DNA of 64,000 bases, from positions 11,532,001-11,596,000 of the forward strand of contig NC_135255.1 in assembly GCF_964204865.1 (NCBI RefSeq), written 5' to 3'. A program made the position numbers and the translations under genes. Below are positions 12,901 to 27,900 of the stretch, piece after piece. Every line of letters begins with the position of its first letter. Positions within the stretch are counted from its first letter, which is position 1. The DNA comes from Styela clava (lineage: Eukaryota). The notes below the pieces were generated by a model. It saw only the letters and a list, made by a program, of their open reading frames with translations. It did not search any database and was not told the DNA's origin.

Positions 12901-15900
12901 CAGGTGATAAACTACAATTGTGGCGGACTCATTTGTATCACAATAAGTTAATTTATAGGTCAGCTTTCAAAATGGAGAAAATTTAGATGAAACCGTCAAT
13001 TCTTCACACTTGTGTACAATCCGGGTTACAAATGAATCATTTGATTAAAAACCACAAAGCATATAATAACGAAAGTTCGACTCGCTCCAATATTTTTCTT
13101 TGTCTAATTTTGTGGCATTCGAATATGTAGTGAGTTTTTGCACCCTGAAACCTGCTCGTATTTAAACTCAAAAATTTTGATTTTGAGTTCCAAACTCTGT
13201 TGGTATGATGTACCACAACTAATATTTTTATTATTCAAACTGTTGGTAAGTTGCATCCTATTAGTCATAATAATCGCCATCATCCTATCTTACTAGAAAA
13301 TAGATATATTTCTATATTATCTTCGACAAACTATGGAGAACGAATGAGTCTCTGAAGAAGCCCTTTACACATTTACCACGGTGAAAATGATGTTTCTTGT
13401 CCATACTAATTTTGTGGGGAATGTTGGGAGAACTGTGTAATTTGAGCTTTCTTCGCGAGCAAGCCTTTTTCCTATAATGCCACTCATAATCATATTATAG
13501 AGTGTAATAATGTTCAAAAATCTATTTTGAGCATAGATATTATTTATTGGATGGTATAAGTAAAGCAAGATAATTGTTAAAGCAACATATTTCTGAATGA
13601 TTGGCAATACAAATGGGTTGCACAATTACTATACTCAAATAAAAGTATTTTTTTTATTTTGAAACTGCTTAGCTTCCCCCATTTTTGTATCACATTTTTA
13701 CAATGTAATTTCTCATATGGCAAATACCATTTTACCTTATAAATAATAAGCAATGCTATTTATCACTCTAAAAGTGAAAATTGTTCTGATCAAAAATGGG
13801 CAATTATAATAAACTTGTTGACATTAGTCGAAGTCACTAAATTTGATACTATTTTTTTAATATGTGCTTTATTTATACTCTTTATATACTATATTATATA
13901 CACTTTATTTATTTTTAACGAAACATTTGCTGCATTTCTATCTGTTACCTCCCAATCGATATTCCGTATACTTAATTATTATAACACGTTATTTGGGCAA
14001 AATATCACAGCTAATTCTGTTATTAATCTCGTTATGGTAAAAATGTGGGTTGCACATATAATAGACCGTTTCATGTTGATACCATAACATGAACTTGGGT
14101 GATGAAGCAGTGTGCAAACAATTAGTCAGTCTATAAAATGTCATTTGGTAAGATGTATGGCAATATTTAAAGTGTCAAATTTCACAAGAACGTTTTTTCT
14201 CTTTTAAAAACATGTCGAATATTTTAAGCCATACTTAATCCAAATCAATTTAATTTTGCTGAAAAATAATCCGCAGAAAATGAAATAACAAACTCAATTT
14301 CTGGTATAGAATACTGTTCAAAATAATATACAATTTTTATTTGATTTCATAGTGATTAAACCGATGTCTAAATTTGCTAAAACCAGAATTCAAAATGTAC
14401 AAAAAAAAAAAACCAACTGTAAAAAACTAATTGTATAATGGGGGTATAATAAATACCTGCTGTATTGTAAATGAAATCAGCTGGTAAAATTGCAGAATGT
14501 CTTATCAAGATAATACCTATTTACGACAGCGCAATTATACTATAAATTGTTAGAGCGTATTACGAAATATACTTTTATTATTAAATTGCAAATAACGAGC
14601 TTCCAGAGTGTGTAATATTTCATGGCTGAACTTATAACATTTGAATGGTGATATACTGTGTAGTTGGTGATAAATATATTTAAATGTACTGCACCAATGT
14701 ACTCATCCGTACCATCGTCCCTATGGTTTTAGGCTAATGGCAGCCCTGTCTATCGGTAAGCCGTCTTTTAATTGCGCGGCAAAGTCGTGGCCCATGAAAG
14801 GGGGTATGTAAGAGACATTCTCTCATGAAGCATCCAATATCAGATACTGGATCTCACCTGATACAGTCAAGTAGGGTAAAGTGCTCGTATAGAATCATCT
14901 GTCAAACGATTAAATTTTTATCTAGTAGTTCATGAACTTTTAAAAACATAACATTGACGAATTTTAATCCTTTAAAAACACATTAACGTGTTTCAATTCT
15001 CACACACGAAGCTTTGTTTTTAAATTGTAGAAATTTCGACTCTGAGTAATATGATAGATTATAACCATACTTCGGATAGTAAATGACATAATAAGCACTA
15101 TTCAAATAGGTTCAAAATTTAAAATCATTAAAAGAGTTTACATGGATTTTCAAAATTGTCAAGAAGTGATCAATGTCTAACAATATCAAGTTAAATATAC
15201 TTTAAACAGCAACATACCGTCTGTTAAATAATTTCCATACGTAAGGAGAAATTCGTATTTGACTATACGTTATACTTATACAAACTACATAATCTTACGA
15301 ACAGTTTGAGCTTGAAAACTTTGTGTTAATGGACTTTGATGACTTCCAACGTATCGTTACCACCCTGATAAGATTTCGTCAACCAAACTCGCCTTTTCTA
15401 TTTCAAGAACCAATTTTGTTGTGCTATTTCAGAATGTTCTTGAAAATCGTGCAATCTTAGTATGAATTCAATTAATAATAGTTGGGCTAAAATAAGAGAA
15501 ATTTTTATGTAAAAACCGTTTTGACTGTCAAAGGGTTTAACACAGCAGATGAGAGTGAGACTCAACTTTGTATGGAATTGTTAGGTTGAACCTTTTCTAA
15601 AAATGGTCGTTCGTTCCACTCATCTTCAACGTGACTTATAACTTTAGGCTAAAAAATCTGAAAAACAAAGCGGGATCATTCGTGAATGGTACGTGTGCTG
15701 TCAAGATATATTTCCTATTATTCTCGTACAATTGTATACGTCTTATTTTGGTCTTTTAATTTACTTATATTATTATAATACTCAAGGTCAAATGTTGCCG
15801 TGGTCAGACTGGTCTTCGTGCAGTGCGTCGTGCAATGAAGGATTCATGTTCAAAAAACGAACATGCACAGGAATTCCTGCAAACGATAGAACATGCCACG

Positions 15901-18900
15901 GAAAACTTGTGCATATCAAGAAATGCAGCACTCAAGTTTGTCCAGGTAATTTTGTTTGAGGTATATAACAAAATTTCAAAATTTTTCAGCAACTCCATTA
16001 AATAAAAATTGCATGATGCATTCTATCTTAGTAAAACATTTTTTGCATATTTCTATTTTTCGTTGAATGACCGATGGACAATTCTCACTCCATGCCCGTC
16101 TCTTGAAATCTAAACTACTTTTCAGTTAGCGGAAGAAGAATTCGGCTCGTCCATCTTTCCAAAGTGCAAATTTACATAAGTTTACCTCCAATATGATGAC
16201 TGTTTGTTTAAAATAGATATAAAAAAAAATGAGAAAACTCACCACAAACTTCTAATGTGAGCTTGTTATTTGAAGATCATTAGAAATGTGAAGAAAAGTT
16301 CCGTTTTGAGACTCTATATCCTAAAAGGCTCTTGTTTGAAATATATTCACTGAAAGCGTCCTTTCTTAAAGGGATTTCCCCAAGTAAGGCGTATGAAAAA
16401 AATAAGCATAGGTTCTCTGGGATAAAAATGTGAACTCGAATTGCAATGCGAAAATGACGTATTATCGCAAACTTTAGTAATATGAATTATGTTGTAAAAT
16501 TAACGTTGACAAAATTTACTTTTTTGTATTTTGAAGTGACTCGTGACTTTTTCATACGCGCCTTGCCACGCGATTTAAATTGTTTCAAATGAATAAATTT
16601 TATGCATTTATTCTTCAAGCTCTTTTATAATACTCAGGTATATGCTCAGCAGTAGGGGATCCACATTATACTACATTTGACGGAAGACGATTCAATTTTC
16701 ATGGAGATTGTGGATATGTTTTATCACATGATGCAAGCGGAAACGAATTCAAAGTAAGCCAGGCATAATAGCACTGCTGTTAGGTTGAAATAACAGTCCA
16801 CCATATTGAATAAATAGCCGATCGGGTACCAAGATACAATCTTCAATCTGGAGCAGGATTCTGAGGAAAACATGATATTTTCCTTTACATTTCATAATAT
16901 GAAATCAAAATAGCAAAATAAAACTATTCGTCATTGTGATCTAGTCTAGTGTGCAAAAGACAACAAAACAAGCTCGACTTTTTAAACCATGTTACATGCA
17001 TAGCATAATATGTTGTTCATATGGACAAATCATATTATTTACCGTACTTCGAAGAATTAGGTTATCAGTTGATCAAATCTAATAGAACGTTTGACACTGT
17101 TATTCGGTCGTATCTCACAGAGGTTTTACAAAGGCCACGTCCTATAAATCTTTAAATTCAAGGTTCCTTCATCCATATTAGACAGCGTCCAAGCTGAGAC
17201 CACTCGTAAATACCAAAATTGGCAGGCTTAACTCGAAGGCGTACACAAATTCTAGTCAAACCATCAGAACGGTAAAGGATTTTACAATCACAATTATTAT
17301 AGGTCCTTCTCTACAACGGAAGATGTGGACCTCGTTTAAGCTGCCTCAACAGTGTGACCATAATTTTATCTCTAACGGGATTAGCAGCTGTTGTCGATAT
17401 CCAACGTGGTGGATCGGTGACTGTGAACAGTGCTCATGTCACTCTGCCGTATACAATTGCTGGCGATTCACTTACTATTGACAAGGTAAACTGAAAGGTA
17501 AAATATGTAGAAATATAAGTGATGTGAGATCGGTTAAACGGAAATAAAAAAAAATAACAGTAACTTTATTGCCCGATATCTCATGTATGACGGTATAGGA
17601 TTGTACATTGCATATTAGATCATTTCCGCCGTAGGATGTAGCCTACTGGTATACAGCAAAACACTTTAAGACATAAGAGCAATGCCCAATTATACGGACA
17701 CGCAAGACAAAACAAATCTTCTAGATTACCGGTAGCCTACCTCCAGCTCAACAAAAAACTCCCGTCTTCGAGTTCTTTACATTTCACAATAACTCACCGT
17801 ACCTAGTCTACATCAATCTACTTATCGGTATCAAATAATTTCCGACTCTCGCGTAGCACATGTTTTCAAAATTAGAACGGAAGATAGCCGTTACGTTGCT
17901 CATAAAAACGTGTTCCAACGAATGAAAAATAAAACAGCGTATTTTAGATATAAATATTTTAGAAATATATATCAGATCTCATGGGGTTCTTAGGAAATTC
18001 AGAAACGAAGAAAAGTAATAGTCCCCTACCGACAACAACAATCTTTAACCACTGGAAATGTCAAATAAATTGGTCCAGAAAGTGAAGAGAAAATCGATTT
18101 ATTCATAACAACAATAATATAACGAGAATATCGGTCGGAGACCGAAGATTTATCGATCGAAGGTCAGAGGATCCCCAAAACAGCGCTCTTACTTCATAGT
18201 GACACTGTGTGTCCCATCACTAATTAATTATTAACTCGCTAATTATACGACATAATTCATCGAAAATCAATAGGCTTCTGATTCGAGCTATGATTAATGC
18301 ACATGCAAAATTAGGAGCAGATTCAACCTCGTTTTCGTGAGATATCGCGTGCATCTAACAGACAGACAGACATACAGCCAGACAGACAAATACCTATCAA
18401 CATACTTACCGATTGAAATCGATAAGTAAAAAGTACTACATCCGACAAGATCACCAGCAACAATACGAAAACGATCCGTATATATGTACACTTTAAGTCC
18501 AAAAAACAGTATAGTACTTTACGGCTCCACCGCGACATCCGGAGGTTGAGCATTTTCATATCTTCGATTGATGCGAAAATCATCTGCTAACTATAATGCA
18601 ATATGAGAATTAGACAATTTTGGGAGATTCGTTTATTTATTTGTGTTACTATACTTTAAAAAACATTCTCGCCTACCGTGTACTGTATATCGTCAACTTT
18701 TTCGTATCTTCATAAATCTCCCGTTCTGTTACACAATTCAGCTAAATAAATAAATTGTTTACTGCGTTATATAACAAATGTTCAAATTCAGTTTCTAAAT
18801 TGTTTTTCAAATTACTTGAATTCTGAGTTTTTTCGAAAACTGTTTGAAAACAATTCACATATCTTTAACCGTTTAAATATTTTCACACAGATTGGTTTGT

Positions 18901-21900
18901 ACATTGTTTTAACTGCTGGGAATGATTTTGAGTTAAAATGGGCTCTACCGCATCGCCTCTACCTCACGATAGGTCCCAAATACTTCGGTCGCACACAAGG
19001 ATTTTGCGGGAATTACAATGGGGATCCAACGGACGATAATATTTTAAGATCCGGTCGACCTGTGAGTTCAGATCTCGAATTTGGACTCAATTGGTCTCTG
19101 TCCGAAGGCACAATTGATTACAGGTTGGCGAATTTAATGTTTTCCATTTTTATTATTTCCTATGTGCATGTTAAGACTACTAATACATCCATATAATGAA
19201 CACTACCATCTAGAAGCAGCATAGATTCATTTTATTGTATTTTTATGGGATGTATCAAGTAATCAGAGTCCAGTGTGTCCTTAGGAACAAGATGGCGCAC
19301 AACCTCAACCCTAACCTGATAAACATACTATTTTCAGGTTGTGCGCCATCTTGGTGCACATACTCCAGAAGCTCCCAAAAAAAGTACATAGATAATCAGT
19401 TGAATGCCCTTGTTCATCAAAATAGGCCAAAATTATTAGGCTTCAGTTGCGACACCGAGTCATGCCTCAACAAAATACCAGAAGTACGACGCTGAGGCTT
19501 ATATGAAATATTGCTATCCTTAACTACACTGCCTTATTTAAACAAGGAGCAATACCCAAATATTGGGCACGAAGACAAAAGATCATATATAAAAAAAAAA
19601 ACTATAAATTACAATAGAAACGTAAAATTTTAGGTAAAATATCAGACAGTTTTGCAAAATAGTCCATGTACACGCTTCGTGTCAACAAAATTATATTTTA
19701 TTTTTTTTATTTTGGATTCCTGAACAAAATATAACATTACAACTCAATTTCAATTGTAACTAAATTTTTCTGTTGTATATTTCACAGCTGCTCTGTATTT
19801 CGACAACTTTCTCGTCCGTGCGACCGGGATAAATACTTGAGGGAAACAGCAATTGGAGCTTGTAGCTTTCTATTAGACCAGTCTTCATTTGGTCCTTGTC
19901 ATAAAAAAGTGCTACCGGGACCATACATAGAATCATGCAAGTTCGACGTGTGTAGCACTTCAATTAAAGTTAGTCTCCTTTTACAGAATAATTTACCAAG
20001 CATGGATCAGAGATGAAGCGTGTCGTCGAGGTACGCTTCATCTCTAGCCCATGCTTGGCAAAGTACTATAAAATTCGACTTCAGTTTACATTTTTTTTTA
20101 TTTCTAACAGAGAACGAGTATATATTTCTGTGTTGCATTATCAGCATACGCAGACGAATGCCTTAGAAAAGGAGTTATATTGAATTGGAGAACGGAAGAT
20201 ATTTGCAGTAAGTGTAATTTGCTATTATATTTACAGTTCTTTGTCACAATGGTCGGATATCTAGCTTGTAACAGTTTATTTTACGACTAATTGGCCAATC
20301 TAAATCTGAGAGAAAAAGTATTCAGCACATATAGTGGATTTCAAGACAAAATGACGGATGTTAAAATTTGAAAAAAAAAATTATTTGAAGCTGGTTTACT
20401 AATCAAAGTTTGAAGCAATTTATAGTACCAGAGTATTTTAATAAAAAGTTGAGAAGGTATTTGAAAATATACAGTATGTTATCTTCATTTTTCAAACAAA
20501 TCATTTTTTTCTTGTTCCGTCTTTTTGGGTATATTCCTCGTTATTACATAATCACTGTTCCGCATTTGATTTGGCCCACCGAAGTGTTTTGTCCGACCCA
20601 CTTATGTCTACTGAAATTACGACTATAGTTTTATGGGTATAAATTCCCGTTGAAAATTTCCAAAAAACACGTCATAATGACCCCGATTGTTACATTGTGC
20701 TTATTATTATACAAACGTTAGCTGCTGGACTAGCTTTATTTTTAAGCCTCCGGCCCAGTAACCAAGTCTATTACCTGCTGTAACTTGCCCACTCAGAAAA
20801 GTAATTGCACATCCCTCCTATACTCGAATACCAGCCTATTCTACCTCCCAAACCTCTTAATTAAAACAATTAATTCTTCTTACAGAGGAGCATTGTTCAT
20901 CCGGCAACGTTTACAAAGAATGTGGGCCGAGATGTGTTCGATATTGTCCCGGCGTTATAAACGATTCCGGAAAAATATGCGCCTCTAATGAGAGATGTGT
21001 AAGCGGATGCCACTGTCCCGACGAGATGGTTTTACACGAAGGAAAATGTATAAACTTTGAACAATGCCCGTGTGTTGACGCTGGTACACAATTTGCAAAC
21101 GGTACAAGTCACAACAGAAATTGCGAGAAATGGTATGAAAATACTAATAATTATGTAGAATTGTAGATACTAAATAGGCTATTCAGTATTGTTGGAATTC
21201 ATGTATTCAACATAGCTCTAAAAAAGACTCTAGACAAGGGTTTAGATAGGATTACCGAAACATAGTACGAAAAAATGTAGATAGGCTATGATTCAGTATT
21301 GTTCAAATTTGTGTCTTTAACATGGCTCCGAACAAGTTTTCAGACAAGAAGTCTAGGAAATCAGTTCATAGAGAACTGCTGTATTTTTGAGACGAATTGA
21401 ATCTTGCGGTTTGGAATATAACCTGCTTTTTCATTACATCCTGTTTAAGATGTACAAAAAGAAAATTTAAAATATAAAATTAACTATTGAAAATGAGACA
21501 ACGTAATGCAATTTACTTTACTATGTTGCTGTATTTTGTTTGACTGCACTTATCTGAATCAAGCAAAATATCTATACGATCGTAATTCTGAGGTAATGTA
21601 TATCAGGAGTGTGCAACAGGCAATCAGCGGGTCACAACCTGGCCAGCCAAGCCTTTTAATGTGTCCCTCAGATTTTTCCACATCAAGCATAAAATCCTAA
21701 TTCGACAGTTTATGTTTGCTTACGCCTTACATGGATAAAATACATAATTTTTTTGCGCTTGTCGTTAAATCTTCCGCTATTTTGCCCGGTGCATTTATTA
21801 CTGCGAGCCTAAGTATGTTCTCTTCTCTTGCCTTTCGCGCTAAATTTTTTGTGTGGCCCTGCTAAATGTCTGAATTTGGTTATATGGCCACCGACAAAAA

Positions 21901-24900
21901 ATGTTTCACAACCTGATTTAGATATTGCTTTTCATTTTTTGGGTGACAAAAGAGCCGCTGTTGAATATTTTTTTACAATACAATACAATACTAAATTTTC
22001 TCTTAATCGTAAGCTTTTATTTTCCAGCATTTGCTACAATGGACAATGGAAATGTTCTTTCAATAAAGATTTATGTGAATTTCCCTCCTCGCTCATTCGT
22101 ACACCAGTATCGCAGGTAAAAAAAATATTTTACGATCCATATTTATTCTTCAGTGTACATTATCAACTATAACTTCCATTATTTTCCTGCAGATTGTACC
22201 ATCGGGGTACTCTGTGTCATTTTGTTGTGAAGCTGCTGGGATACCAACCCCAACTGTTGAGTGGTTCAGAGATGGACGTTTAATACCTCCTCAAACTGAG
22301 TCCGAAGATGACCCAAAATCTAGCGGCCCTGTCATATACGGACACTCAAAGGCTTATTTGACGATGAAAAATATAAGCAAAATAGAGGAAGGGATTTATA
22401 CTTGCAAGGCTTCTAATTTATTAGGATCACAAATGTCGGATCCGGCTGTATTGAGAGTAGTAGGTAAGTGGAACTTATCAGTGGCCGTGATGGCAAGCAA
22501 ACTTCTGTAACAGTTCTTCAAAAGCAAAAACGCAAAACAAGCATATACCCTTTTTGGCGCTCCAGAAGTTTGTGTACCAATATGGTACTAGGTAACTAAT
22601 TTTGAACTCGTAAAAGAACTAAAATACGGTAAAAAGGAAAAAGTTATGCTCTAACCCTAACCTGGTACACACGATAGTACCCCTTTTTTGCATGAACTAT
22701 CGAAGATTAATTTTTTTATGAGACGTTCTCAAGTCCCCAGTTTGAACAAAATGTTGTAAAGCTGCCACTAATACATAAGATTTTTTTTTTTTTTTGCATT
22801 CAAAAATACTCATATATTTTACAGAACCATGGACTGCGACATGCAATCCAATACCCAGCAGAAGAACCCTGAATTTGCCAGATGGGTGCTATGTAGCCAG
22901 ATCCCGAGGTATTAAAATTATTTCTTCTTCTCGTGATATGATAGAAACGTTTTATTTAATTAAAGCCGATATTAGAATTCTTTTTACAATTCAGGCTAGG
23001 TCTTATTTTCGGGGAAACACGGTACTTCTTGTATTACCAAGCCTCCTCTTGTCTCATAATATGTAAGTAGGAAATGAGGAAATTAATTAATTCTCTGTTA
23101 TTAAAATTTTAGAAGACACACTCAACGTTGGGCAATGCATTGGTCTTCCCTGCTTTTACGATAATCCAGAATTAGAAGACAGCCACAGAAGATCATCAAG
23201 AAAATGCGGAAGAACAAGACAATGTTGTCGCCCCTCTGTGACGTCACCAGTAACAGTCAACTGTAGTCATATGTTGTATTCCGCTTCATTTGTCGTCACT
23301 ACAGTACAGAAGTGTGCCTGCTCGTCATGTGAAGACAGGGTTACCGTTGTAGAGGGGGCATTGAAAACTGCTATAACGGGTATATTCTTTTTTATGGCGT
23401 TTCATCTTCGCTTTGAGCTATGCTTTGGGAAAGCAGCGCTTTTTTCAATTTATTTTTAGAGTTTCAATGAATCCGATGTAATTTGACGTGGGAGATATAT
23501 TGTGTAAATTCTAGTACTCCCGTAGTATGTGTGCCAGGTTAGGGTTAGGCCATAATTTTATTCCGATTTTCCTTATACTAGTTCTATTACGAGTTTGGCG
23601 ATTGTCTGTGATAGCCAAGTGAATACACCCCCTGGTGATCAGTCCCGTTACACAACTTTATGTAAAGTAGGCGAACAAAATCAGTTACCTACATATTGGT
23701 ACACATACATTATGGGCGCCTAAAATTTTTCTTTTCCCGTTTCATTGCTATTTTAATCTGAACAGAAAAAGGATATTTTAAGCGTTTTGACTATTATGCT
23801 AACATAGGAAGATATATATACATAGATAAAAACGAAAACACGGTGAATGCAATAAAAGATGTGCTTCTGTAGCGAGTAATCCGTTATTGTGAATTCACTC
23901 CAAAATGACGCTTGCGAGCATAGGATATCGAATACATAGGATAAAGTTTAATAAATAACAAATAGAAGTTTTTATAACATTTCAACCTTCATCCCTTTAT
24001 TTTCAGGCGAACTACTTCGACACGTCAAAATCATGCACCAACTCAGAGTAGTAGGTTACACATCAAGTACTGGATCGTTTCGTATATCATTTGCCTCTTT
24101 GCCTGAAGATATTCGTTACGTAACTCTTACCTTTGATGACGTCATATTTAAAAGATTTCCTTCTACAGTCAAAAATTTACCCGTTATTTTTGGTGACGTC
24201 ACAATCCACACCGTCCAAGTGAATGGAAGATCGTACAGAAAACGGTTTGACGCTAGTTTGGGACTTAAATATATGTTCAGGTACGGGGAAATTATTAAAG
24301 ACATGAAACATTATTTTAGAGGCTAAGACCCCAAGAAGTGAATGTCTATTATTTTTTTCGAGTACAAGGAGGTTTGGTCCAGTCTAACCCTGACATGGGC
24401 AAAATAAGGCCCGCGGACTAAACCCGGCCCGTTGGCTAATTCAATTTTGCCCGCCTGATGCTGCCACAACCAAACTAAAACCAAATTTTGATGTTTTAGC
24501 TAAAAAAAAATAGCTCAAGGAATTAGTTGACATTGTGATTAAATTTAGTTTTGCCACGAGGCCTTGTTTTCCAGCTCGCATAAAACGATAAGTCTAGGCT
24601 AGCTTTATAAACCAGGCCACGGTATAACACAAGACATTCAATTGTTTTACTCACTTCAAAAAATTATTCATGGCGGTCATAAACGTAGGGAACCGCTAAG
24701 TTAGATAGTCTATCACTCTATCATAATAAAATCTTCCAATCGGCCTCAAAATATCCTGTTGATCTCTGCCGCGTAACATGTTCTTCATGCACACATATTA
24801 CATATATATACTTAAAATTGTACCCACTCCCAGATACACTGTATGGATCATTTGTGCGATCCATCGTGTCATGTTCTTTTTAATGGAAAATGAAACCAAC

Positions 24901-27900
24901 CATCTAATTTCAGCAGTGCAAATCTACTTTACGATTAGTGTAGGCTAGGATTCACATATTTATACCGAAGGAGAGAAAGCCGATAAAACGACTTAATCGT
25001 ATGGCGTACCACGGCCTTTCGCTGGTTACCAGTACATGTTGTGTATGGGATTGGTTATCAAAGTATTTGTTACAGATGCACGAACTCGTGATGTGAACGA
25101 AGACGTAACCGACCAGCGGTAACGTGAACAAATCCGGTCCGAGTCCGGTAATCCTATTGCACATATTTATCCCCAACGGGATTCAAACATGCGAACCCAG
25201 GTAGCGTAATCTGAGATGCTGCGTCTATTCCTACGCTTACCACGATGCGCCACACCTCCGGGTAGTAACTAGTTTGCGCATTTTCAACCCACTTATTTAA
25301 TACTAAACTAAGTATGTTCATGTTTATTAGCAGAAGTCCGTCATCCAGTAAAAGCGAAAGACTACGTCTCATTATTCCACCGAGTTCCTTGATATTACAA
25401 CGAGCTCAAGACCCGTTTATCGGACAAGTAGATGCTGTTATCAGTATCGTACGAAGAGATTATAAAATTGACGAACGAAAACTTCATACCGTTCCAGGAA
25501 ATTTTGTTGGATTGAATCTGCAAGGATCGAAAAAGATTATACTACCTTCGTGTAAGTGCATTTGTAATGGCTCCCTTTTATCCCGTCTTTACTATTCAAC
25601 ATTGTATTTAGTGTAGGACTTCATATATTAGTCTATGAAAGCCTATGGAATGATTCATTCATATGCCAATCGCGACCTACCAGTCAGTTATTTGATATGT
25701 GTATAGAAGTCGTTAACCAGTTATCATGTCGTCGGAGTAAAGGTTCAAATTTGTTTGATGAGGTTGGTCTGGCTTGCAGTGAGTAGCTAAAACTGCCATA
25801 CAAACTTGTCAAATCAAATATATATCAAAACATATGCAGGAATCTTGCTCCTCTAACTATTGACCCGCACTTGTACCGCGCTGGTTTACACTCCATTCTT
25901 CATTTTTATAGTTATACATTAAAAATATTACAGATATATTATCGGTTTCTTTGTACAATCGATTTGGACGAGCATTGGAACTTCTACCAAAAAAGCCAGC
26001 CACCTTCCTTGTAAATACGATTGCTTTTGGAGAGAGAATTGAACCCTGGAAATTAGACGATTTGACTGGTCTATGGAGAGAAAGAGACACAAAAGTTGAA
26101 ATTGAACCTGCTTTCAACAAGCGAGGAGAAAAAGTGGGTACCACATACTATTACTAACCGTATCCTACAGAATTGCAGTTCTAGTTAGCGGGAGTACGTC
26201 TTTGCGTAGCCTATTTTAAGGAATGAAGTTCCATTCCAATACAGTATCCTACTTACAATATGACTAAGGATAGAAGAAAGCAAATTTTCGTGTGATATTT
26301 ATCTCCTTTTAAACTGTCTTAATGTTGAATGAACTGATTTAGTAGATGCAAAGTTAAAATAGGAATATATATATATGACCTATCGACATTAGAATGGTCT
26401 TTCCCAAAACTATATTGGACCTGACAAGATAGGATTTCCATATTTATTCAGTGGTAGTGGAAGGCCGATATGACGGTTAATCATATGGCGTACCACGGCC
26501 TCCCATCCGGTTACCAGGCCATATCGAGAATGAGACTAGTTATTCAGTTATTTGTTTTCAGATGCGTGGGCTTGGTGGTAGAGAAAGCCGTAAGCCGTCG
26601 GTTACGTTAACCGCCCCACGGCAGCGAAAAGCCTAGCAATCATTATACGGGATTCGTATCACGGGTGGGATAGCAAGCGTATTCCTAACGATTAACACGG
26701 TACGCCATACCGCCGAGCCACTGTCATACATATACCATACGTAGTTTATGATTTTTCTAGCAGATAGCTATTACGCTTTGGTGTGAATAAACAACACCCA
26801 AAATAGTATGAAAAGTTGTAACTAGTTTAATGGATTGGGACTGGGCTAAACGGGATTGAATTTTTCAAATTGAAATTATATTTATCATAATGCGTTACAG
26901 GTCCTGCAACTTTCAGCAAAAATTCCACGACTGGATACTCCATGGGCTTTGAGCGACAGTGAGCCGCCATGTTTTGTGCGAGTACGCGTGCTCGATAACA
27001 ACAACAACACCGTTTCTGGAGTTCGTGTCATCATGAAGACGACGGACGAACTTCCTGAGAGTTTTCGAAACGGACGGCGGTCGCTGGATGGAGGTATAGC
27101 GCAAATGCAAACTCTGGTTGAGGGTCTGACCAGAGCAACAGACACAAATGGAATATGCTTGCCTGTTGGTTGCAAGAAAATTGGTTATATTACGGCCTGG
27201 AAGCAGGGAAACGATTTGTCGATGCTTGCACCAGATGTTCCACACAGAGAAATGGGCCGCGTCACAAGCTCTTTGCCACATTTATATGGGATTTCAAGTG
27301 TTGTGGTACAAACCTCTGATCATTTTAGTCTCAATTATTTAGCCGAGTTTGACCAAGAACGTGAACCGCCATCCGCATTATATTTTCGTCAAGAAGAAGA
27401 TTGTAGAAACACCGCTCCTGACAAACGAACTTACGTCTTTCGCGATAGAGACATGTTACGAGAGAGTGATTTTCGAGCCGCTTCTAGAGCCGGGGACAGA
27501 ATCAAAGCTGTTGCCCCTGGAGACGGACGTTTACGTCACAGTTCCTCCAAAACAAGAACTTTTTGTCATGTTAAAGTATCTGTGACAATTTCTGATCAAG
27601 CAACACTTTATCGGGCTGTTCCTATGGTAGTGGAGGCAGTTGCGTTTCGTCATCAAAATGGCTCACGAGAAATGACTATTTTAGGCTGGAGTAAAGCAAA
27701 TTTCAGAACTCCGACATTCAGGTGAGCTTGTAGTGTAATAATCAAAAGAAAGGACTCTTGTTCGGCCTCCGGGGCTGTTTTAAAATATGTTGACATATTT
27801 TTTATAAAAATTTCAAAGTCTTCGAAAATATAAATGCCCAATTGCATTTTTTTCACATTTATGACAGACAAGGAAAATCATGCATGTAAGAACGCGTACT

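Noticed and set aside
15098-15110. Partial minus-strand resemblance to the Ciona spliced-leader sequence (CTATTTGAATA)
   Set aside because: Only 11 nt in AT-rich DNA, with no convincing donor, hairpin or Sm site.
19235-19495. Extra exon of the CILP-like gene after TTTTCAG (GCAPSWCTY...)
   Set aside because: It lies inside a dispersed repeat; 19123 splices in phase to 19788 and gives a continuous VWD-C8 sequence.
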